From the NCBI GenBank assembly GCA_965603825.1, contig CBFDEM010000048.1, positions 248,001 through 312,000 of the forward strand: DNA of 64,000 nt. The letters run 5' to 3'. A program made the position numbers and the translations under genes. The stretch is from Blepharisma stoltei ATCC 30299. Taxonomy: Eukaryota > Protista > Ciliophora. Below the pieces are notes generated by a model. The model searched no databases, was not told the DNA's origin, and worked only from the letters and a program-made list of their open reading frames with translations. Positions within the stretch are counted from its first letter, which is position 1. Every line of letters starts with the position of its first letter. This document shows positions 58,254-64,000 of the stretch, in pieces.

Positions 58254-60296
58254 ATGTTTCGTTTGGCTTTTAAGGCTTTCAGACCTCTCGCTAGCAAAGC
58301 CTTTATCCCAAATATCCGCTATTTCAATACAACTACACCTCCTCCTCCTCCTCCTTCTCCTCCTCCTTCTCCTCCTCCACCACCTGGTCCAGCTCCTGAC
58401 TCTCACATCTCACCTCCATCATTCACAAAGGTCAACTCAAAGGTTCTCAATTTCCAAACAGAGACAAACAAGCTTCTCGATATCGTCGCTAAAAGTCTTT
58501 ACATGGACAAAGAAGTCTTTATTCGTGAGCTTGTCTCAAATGCATCAGACGCTTTGGAAAAACAAAGATACCTCAACATCTCTGGTCAATCAGCCGATGA
58601 TACCCCTCTCACCATCAAAATTACCGTCGATGCTGCAAAAGGCACCATTTCCTTCCGTGACTCAGGGATCGGAATGACCGCTGACGAGCTTATCAAAAAT
58701 TTAGGGACAATTGCATACTCAGGGTCACACAAATTCATAGAGTCATTAAAAGCCAACGAAGAAAACAAGTCCTCCACAGAAAAAATCATTGGCCAATTCG
58801 GTGTAGGATTTTACAGCAGCTTTATTGTGGGCAATGAAGTCAGAGTGATTTCAAAGTCTGAGAATTGCCAAAACCCTCACTTGTGGGTAAGCAAAGGACT
58901 GGGAGAGTTTGAGATATCAGAACTTGAAGGACTCGATTTTCCAAGAGGGACTGAAGTGACTGTAGAATTAAAAGAAGACTGCAAGCAATTTTTAAATGAA
59001 GCTGACATTAAAAAGACATTGACTAAGTACTCCAACTTCGTAAACTTCCCACTGGAGCTTAACAGCCAACAAATCAACCTTCAAGGAGCTCTATGGGCTA
59101 GAAATAAAAATGACGTCGAAGAAAATGAGTACCAAGATTTCTATGAGTATATCAGTGGCCAAAAGCTCCCATACAAATGGAAACTCCACTTTTCACTAGA
59201 AATTCCATTATCAATGAAAGTGCTTTTATACGTTCCAAATACACATAAAGAAAAATACGGAATGGCTAATGAGTCTTGTGAAGTGGGGCTTTATTCAAGA
59301 AAAGTTTTGATCATGGCTAACTGCAGCCAACTTTTGCCAAACTGGCTAAGATTCGTAAAAGGAATTGTGGACTGTGAAGATATCCAATTAAATGTCTCAA
59401 GAGAAACATTCCAGGACTCTGCGATGATGGAAAAAATTAAAGGAATTTTGACAAAAAAGCTTTTGAAATTCTTAAGTGATGAAGCAGAAAGAGATGAATC
59501 TGGATTTATGAGATGGTATCAAGAATTCGGCCAATTCCTCATCGAAGGTATGGCAATGGACCAAGAAAACTCAAAAGCCATCATGACTATGACCCGCTAC
59601 TACTATAGCTTAAACACAAGTATGACTACACTTGACAAATACATTGAAAAAATGAAGCCAGGACAGCAAAAAATCTATTATTTATTCACCGCGAATAGAG
59701 AAATCGGGATGGACTCCCCATATTTGGAACCTTTCAAAACCAAAGAAATCCCTGTGATTTTTTCCTTGCAACTAATTGATGAAATGATTTTCAAGAATAT
59801 GGGAGAATATAAAGGACACAAATTTGTCAATATTGAAAGCTCAATTGACGAAATAGAAAAAGATCTAATAGAAACCCATCAATACAATGAAGCTTCAGGA
59901 ATCCCAGAAGCTGATTTAGTTCCGTTCGTAGAGTGGATTAAAAATGAGACAATGCCAATTGTCGACAAAGTCATTGTGTCTAGCAGGCTTAAAGACTCTC
60001 CAGCTGTGGTTACTGGAGAAATGCCATCAGCAGTTAGACAAGTTTATAAGCTGATGGATAGAGAAAAGCACACAAGTGCGATGACTAGAAACCAGACTTT
60101 TGAAATCAACACAAACCATGAGATCATCATCAAACTCAATGAAGTGAGGAAAACTGACCCAGAATTAGCAAAAGATATCATCAGCCAAGTGCTTGATAAC
60201 GCTTTATTGAATGCAGGAATTATGGAGTCTCCAGTCAATATGATTAAGAGACTTAATAGAGTCATGCTGAGAACTCTTCGAGATGCAAAACAATAA
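58254..60296 (+). CDS. TRAP1: Mitochondrial HSP90 (TRAP1/HSP75), 680 aa
   Basis: Presequence MFRLAFKAFRPLASK; KEVFIRELVSNASDALEK, DSGIGMT, IIGQFGVGFYS, LYSRKVLI; no MEEVD or KDEL. Confidence 0.93.
   Translation: MFRLAFKAFRPLASKAFIPNIRYFNTTTPPPPPPSPPPSPPPPPGPAPDSHISPPSFTKVNSKVLNFQTETNKLLDIVAKSLYMDKEVFIRELVSNASDALEKQRYLNISGQSADDTPLTIKITVDAAKGTISFRDSGIGMTADELIKNLGTIAYSGSHKFIESLKANEENKSSTEKIIGQFGVGFYSSFIVGNEVRVISKSENCQNPHLWVSKGLGEFEISELEGLDFPRGTEVTVELKEDCKQFLNEADIKKTLTKYSNFVNFPLELNSQQINLQGALWARNKNDVEENEYQDFYEYISGQKLPYKWKLHFSLEIPLSMKVLLYVPNTHKEKYGMANESCEVGLYSRKVLIMANCSQLLPNWLRFVKGIVDCEDIQLNVSRETFQDSAMMEKIKGILTKKLLKFLSDEAERDESGFMRWYQEFGQFLIEGMAMDQENSKAIMTMTRYYYSLNTSMTTLDKYIEKMKPGQQKIYYLFTANREIGMDSPYLEPFKTKEIPVIFSLQLIDEMIFKNMGEYKGHKFVNIESSIDEIEKDLIETHQYNEASGIPEADLVPFVEWIKNETMPIVDKVIVSSRLKDSPAVVTGEMPSAVRQVYKLMDREKHTSAMTRNQTFEINTNHEIIIKLNEVRKTDPELAKDIISQVLDNALLNAGIMESPVNMIKRLNRVMLRTLRDAKQ
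58338..58397 (+). repeat. (CCT)n-rich microsatellite encoding a polyproline tract
   Basis: cctcctcctcctcctccttctcctcctccttctcctcctccaccacct, encoding PPPPPPSPPPSPPPPPGPAP. Confidence 0.9.
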
Positions 60297-60504
60297 ATAA
60301 TTTATCTCTTTCCTAATACGCATTTTTATATGATAAATCTTAAAAATTTAATGAGTAAATTATCTGCACAATGCATCAAATCCTATTAAAAGTATACTAT
60401 TAATTGGTGAATTCTTTTTTTACTGATCTAAGCTAAAACTCTAATTGGGGCATATCATTATAAATAAGTAAAAATTCTTTGAATCCCCCTTATAAAAATA
60501 TTAA

Positions 60505-60918
60505 ATGGATCTCGCTTATCTTGCTAACAATGATCAAAATCTTCTAACCACGCTCCAAAATCAAGGGATTGACTTAGACACCCTTCTATTCGTAGCAAAA
60601 GACCTTTTCAATATCATAGAAGAAATGAAGTTTGACCAAACCAGTGCAAAGATGTTCTTTTATCGGCTGAAAAAGGTGTATGGATTAGTAAATGGAATTC
60701 CTGAACCTGAAGATACAAGTAAAAAATCAGATTTACCAGATAAACTTAGCGTTGAATGCAAAGACCCCAATAAAATTTATTTTTTCAATCTACTTCAAGG
60801 ACAATCTGGAGTTGACAAGCTCAACGCTCTTTATGAGTGTGAGCAATGTGGAACTGGACACACTTTTAAACGTTCTGAAGTCAAAAATCATGCTACATTC
60901 CATAATAATTCTAGATAA
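60505..60918 (+). CDS. Small protein with SAM-like N-terminus and a single C-terminal C2H2-type finger, 137 aa
   Basis: LQNQGIDLDTLL...FYRLKK resembles a SAM fold pattern (weak); YECEQCGTGHTFKRSEVKNHATFH. Confidence 0.65.
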   Translation: MDLAYLANNDQNLLTTLQNQGIDLDTLLFVAKDLFNIIEEMKFDQTSAKMFFYRLKKVYGLVNGIPEPEDTSKKSDLPDKLSVECKDPNKIYFFNLLQGQSGVDKLNALYECEQCGTGHTFKRSEVKNHATFHNNSR

Positions 60919-61436
60919 TAAAATCATTTTATTTTAAATTTTCTTTTACCGCCCATTTATTTATGATTATTTTTCAAGAGAACTTTCTAAATAAATGCTT
61001 AAAAATATGTGAGGAAGGCAGTTAGCCTATTCGATTCAATAATTAAATTTAAGCAGCTGCTAAGAATAAAATAAAGAGTTTATAGCTAATTGCTTATAAT
61101 TAATTTCTTTAGTTAAATATTATGAGGAAATTTATCATAATTTTTATTTAAATTTATCATTTTAAACATATCTGATTATTTTAAATAAAAAGGTCAGGCA
61201 AAGTAAAATAAATTAATTTTCCTTCTTGCTGGTCAAACTGCTCCTATTTATTCCTTTAATTTTTTCCTTCAAAGCTGTTAATACAAAATAAATAGGAACT
61301 TGCTCATTTTAATTTAAAACTCCTAATGCTAAAGCTACTGAATATTTGCTGTAGACTTATCCTATAGATTTTTATTCCTTATCACTTACTGTTCATTAAA
61401 GATTTAATACTTTAAATCTCATCCACTATAATTTAA

Positions 61437-62717
61437 ATGTCGGAGTCTGTATGCCCGTTAACCCTACCAGGAATTGGTGACATTGTAGTGTTCATAGGCT
61501 TGGTAACAAATATTTAGATTGGCCTCATGCTAATGGAATATGGCCTTTGCAGGCCTGAAAATGCTAACCACCTTCTACTCAAAAATTGGCTTCAATTTTC
61601 AATAGGTATCGTAGCGTGGTGAGTGTTAGGTTATGGTTTCGCTTTTGGAAACGTCGCTGACAGCGAATTCATTGGAAACCGCAACTTTGGTGGTGAAAAG
61701 TGGCTTACCGAGCGATCAGAGAACCATGGAGCCTGCGCATCATTTTTTGCACTCTGTGGTTTTTTCGTCCTCTTTGTCATCAATGGCGGAATCAGTGAAA
61801 AAGCAAAATACCACGTCTACGTAGTGCTTGCTTTTTGGATTATGCTCTTTGTATGGCCTGTTATCGTTGCATGGTCATGGGGAGGCGGCTGGCTCGCCAT
61901 TGAGCTTAAAAAAGATCTTATTGACGTAGGAGGAGCAATCAATATCCATATGTTCGCTGGAGCTATTGGACTTATGGGAGCTATATTTTCAGGGAAAAGA
62001 AGAGGAAGATGGCGTCCAAGCAAAGCTGCAAAATTCCAGATCCAGATGTACCCTATCTATATAATCGGTGCAGTCCTTTTAATTTTAGGCCTGTTTGGTC
62101 TCAATTTTTCAATTGGCCAAAGCAGAGCTGACCAAATGGGGATGTCAGCAGCCAACTCATGGATCTGTGCAGGAGCTACCTCAATTGTCGCTCTTAAGCT
62201 ACTTACACTATTTAGCAAAGACTTACATACTCATACCATCGCAATTTACCAAGGCTTCATTGCAGGAATGGTCGTTATTTCTAGCTCTGCTTATAATACT
62301 ACTCCTTGGCAAGCAGGGATTGTCGGTATCATGACAGGCGTCATCTTTGCCTTTACCTACAAGTTTGTGCTATATCTCCAAATTGACGACCCAATGTCCG
62401 TAACTGCTACTTTCTTAGTTCCTGGACTTGTAGGTGGAATTCTGCCTGGATTCATCACTGACGAGGACGGCTGCTTCTGGCAAGGAATTTCAGGCCACAC
62501 CTTGTCTACACAAGTAATTGGTGTCATTGTGGTGCTGGGCTGGGCACTTGTGTGGGCTGTGATTTTGTTTACTGTCTTGACCGTTGTAGGAGGAATGAGA
62601 TTGAGAGACCACATCCAAAAGTACGGACTGGCAAAGACTCATATAATGCAATCTGGGTTTGTGTATGTCAAAGATGAAGTGATCACAAAAGGAGAAGAAG
62701 TAGAAGATATAAGTTAA
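61437..62717 (+). CDS. Ammonium transporter (Amt/Mep/Rh family), divergent, 1 intron, 421 aa
   Basis: ATG 61437, intron 61503-61517 and TGA 61620 give MEYGLCRPENANHLLLKN...AW[W]VLGYGFAFG; WSWGGGWL, IDVGGAINIH, IDDP; about 11 hydrophobic segments. Confidence 0.88.
61503..61517 (+). other. 15-nt intron GTAACAAATATTTAG
   Basis: Removes an in-frame TAG in TM1; A at -6. Confidence 0.85.
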
Positions 62718-62739
62718 CTTCAAAGTTATTTAAATTTAA

Positions 62740-63999
62740 TTAGGTTATGACTGTAGGGCCAGTGACGGAAAGAATGGCATTAATGTCGGAGAACTTGAGA
62801 GACCAGTCAATTATGGATCCAAGGGCTTGGTCAGTGGATAAATCCAAATTTACCTTTTCGTATTTTTCGTAATAAACACGAACGGTAGCACCTGAAGAGC
62901 CAGTTCCAGAGAGACGGTAGATTACACGCCATTCTGGAGTTATGAATCTTAGTCCTTGGTTTTTAGTCACAGAATGGTCAACTGGGTCTGTATATTCATA
63001 GCTGTCAGCTTGTCCTTGGAACTCAGAAAACTTGTTTTTAAGTGTCTCCATTAGCTGGTTGGCGGCATTTGAGTCTACGTTTTCGTAGTCATATCTCATA
63101 TAATAATTTCTCCCATACTCTTGCCAGTGGCTTCTCACAATTTCTTCAACCCCTACCAAGTGGTCAGAGTTTTTGTTTTTATAGGCAATAACGCTGAGCC
63201 ATGCTAAAACTGCCCAGACGCCGTCTTTTTCTCTGATGTGGTCACTTCCAGTACCAAAGCTTTCTTCTCCACAAATGCTCAGTCTTCCAGCGTCCATCAA
63301 ATTCCCAAAGAACTTCCACCCAGTTGGGACTTCATAAACCTGTATCCCTAGCTTTTGTCCTACGAAGTCAATCGCAGTGCTTGTAGGCATGCTTCTAGCT
63401 ACTCCTTTAAGACCTCCTGCAAAATATGGTATCGCTGCTGAATTAGCAGCAAGCACAGCTACAGAATCTGAAGGGGTCACGAAAAATTGTTTGCCTAAAA
63501 TCATATTCCTATCAGCATCTCCATCATTTGCAGCTCCAAAATCAGGATAATCTCCATGCTGCACTTCAGCTCCAATTCCCATTGCATGAACTAAATCATG
63601 AGCATAAACTAAATTAGGGTCTGGGTGTCCGCCTCCAAAATCTTCAAGAGGCTCTGAATTTTTGATTTGCTCCAATGGAACTCCTAAAATCCTATGGAAA
63701 ATATGTCTCGCATATGGTCCTGAAACCCCGCTTAAGCAGTCATAATGAATTTTGAAGTCAGGTCTTGACACTAAAGCTCTTAAGTCGTCAAAATTAAAAA
63801 TGCTTTGCATTTTTGCTACATAGTCTTCAGTTGAGTCAATCACTTCTACAACAAAAGGCCTCCCGTCAACTTGAAATTCAGTTCTTCCAAGGCTTGAGAT
63901 ATCAACATCAGGGATATCTGCAATTGAATATTCAGAGATCGAGATGGTATGCTCATAAATCCTATTTGTCCAGTCTTCAGGAGCTGGGCCTCCATTTCC
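62740..63999 (-). CDS. PGM: Phosphoglucomutase (parafusin-related), 5' end beyond the window
   Basis: NGGPAPE, DFGGGHPDPNL, metal-binding DGDADRN, EVPTGWKFFGNL, CGEESFGTGSDHIREKDG, RLSGTGSSGATVR, PTVIT*. Confidence 0.95.
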   Translation of the reverse strand, partial: GNGGPAPEDWTNRIYEHTISISEYSIADIPDVDISSLGRTEFQVDGRPFVVEVIDSTEDYVAKMQSIFNFDDLRALVSRPDFKIHYDCLSGVSGPYARHIFHRILGVPLEQIKNSEPLEDFGGGHPDPNLVYAHDLVHAMGIGAEVQHGDYPDFGAANDGDADRNMILGKQFFVTPSDSVAVLAANSAAIPYFAGGLKGVARSMPTSTAIDFVGQKLGIQVYEVPTGWKFFGNLMDAGRLSICGEESFGTGSDHIREKDGVWAVLAWLSVIAYKNKNSDHLVGVEEIVRSHWQEYGRNYYMRYDYENVDSNAANQLMETLKNKFSEFQGQADSYEYTDPVDHSVTKNQGLRFITPEWRVIYRLSGTGSSGATVRVYYEKYEKVNLDLSTDQALGSIIDWSLKFSDINAILSVTGPTVIT

Positions 64000-64000
64000 A

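Noticed and set aside
58182-58406. Poly-Arg protamine-like ORF on the minus strand
   Set aside because: It is the antisense reading of the TRAP1 CCT/poly-Pro tract.
1677-61622. In-frame TGAs as pseudogene lesions, selenocysteine or cysteine
   Set aside because: They fall at conserved Trp positions in many unrelated, otherwise intact genes, and alternate with TGG in sister repeats.
1-64000. Telomeric repeats, IESs, transposons, CRISPR arrays
   Set aside because: I saw no C4A4 tracts, transposase or RT ORFs, terminal repeats or spacer arrays. All coding interruptions are explained by TGA or GT-AG micro-introns, consistent with a somatic assembly.

Overview
This is gene-dense, AT-rich eukaryotic DNA, best read as the macronuclear (somatic) genome of a heterotrich ciliate, most likely Blepharisma. 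That assignment is an inference from two features seen directly: TGA is read as Trp while TAA/TAG are stops, and the introns are only 15-16 nt (GTA...A-----AG). The supplied standard-code ORF track fragments many genes. Reading TGA as Trp (about 47 in-frame cases, counted by hand) and removing 11 tiny introns gives about 38 protein-coding genes. They include a 4-cNMP-domain PKG, a 4051-aa SPRY/CUB-like/HECT E3 ligase, an EF-hand/WD40 protein, NUFIP1/Rsa1, POC5, epsilon-COP, SMC2, calreticulin, CPSF30, a TM-PX-PX protein, an RBR ligase, a CAMK kinase, a macrodomain protein, a secreted protein of about 30 LNR-like repeats, an RCC1-repeat protein, a DnaJ protein, a PWI/SRRM1-like protein, SPC25, TRAP1, an ammonium-transporter-family protein and phosphoglucomutase. 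The most notable points are strong gene-to-gene skew in UGA versus UGG use, two divergent start codons only 7 nt apart, a CUB-like domain split by two nested SPRY domains, an Amt lacking several canonical pore residues, the all-LNR secreted protein, and an unannotated decayed tandem copy of the C2H2 gene. No tRNA, rRNA, telomere, CRISPR array or transposon was recognised. All family calls come from motif recognition by eye, not database searches.
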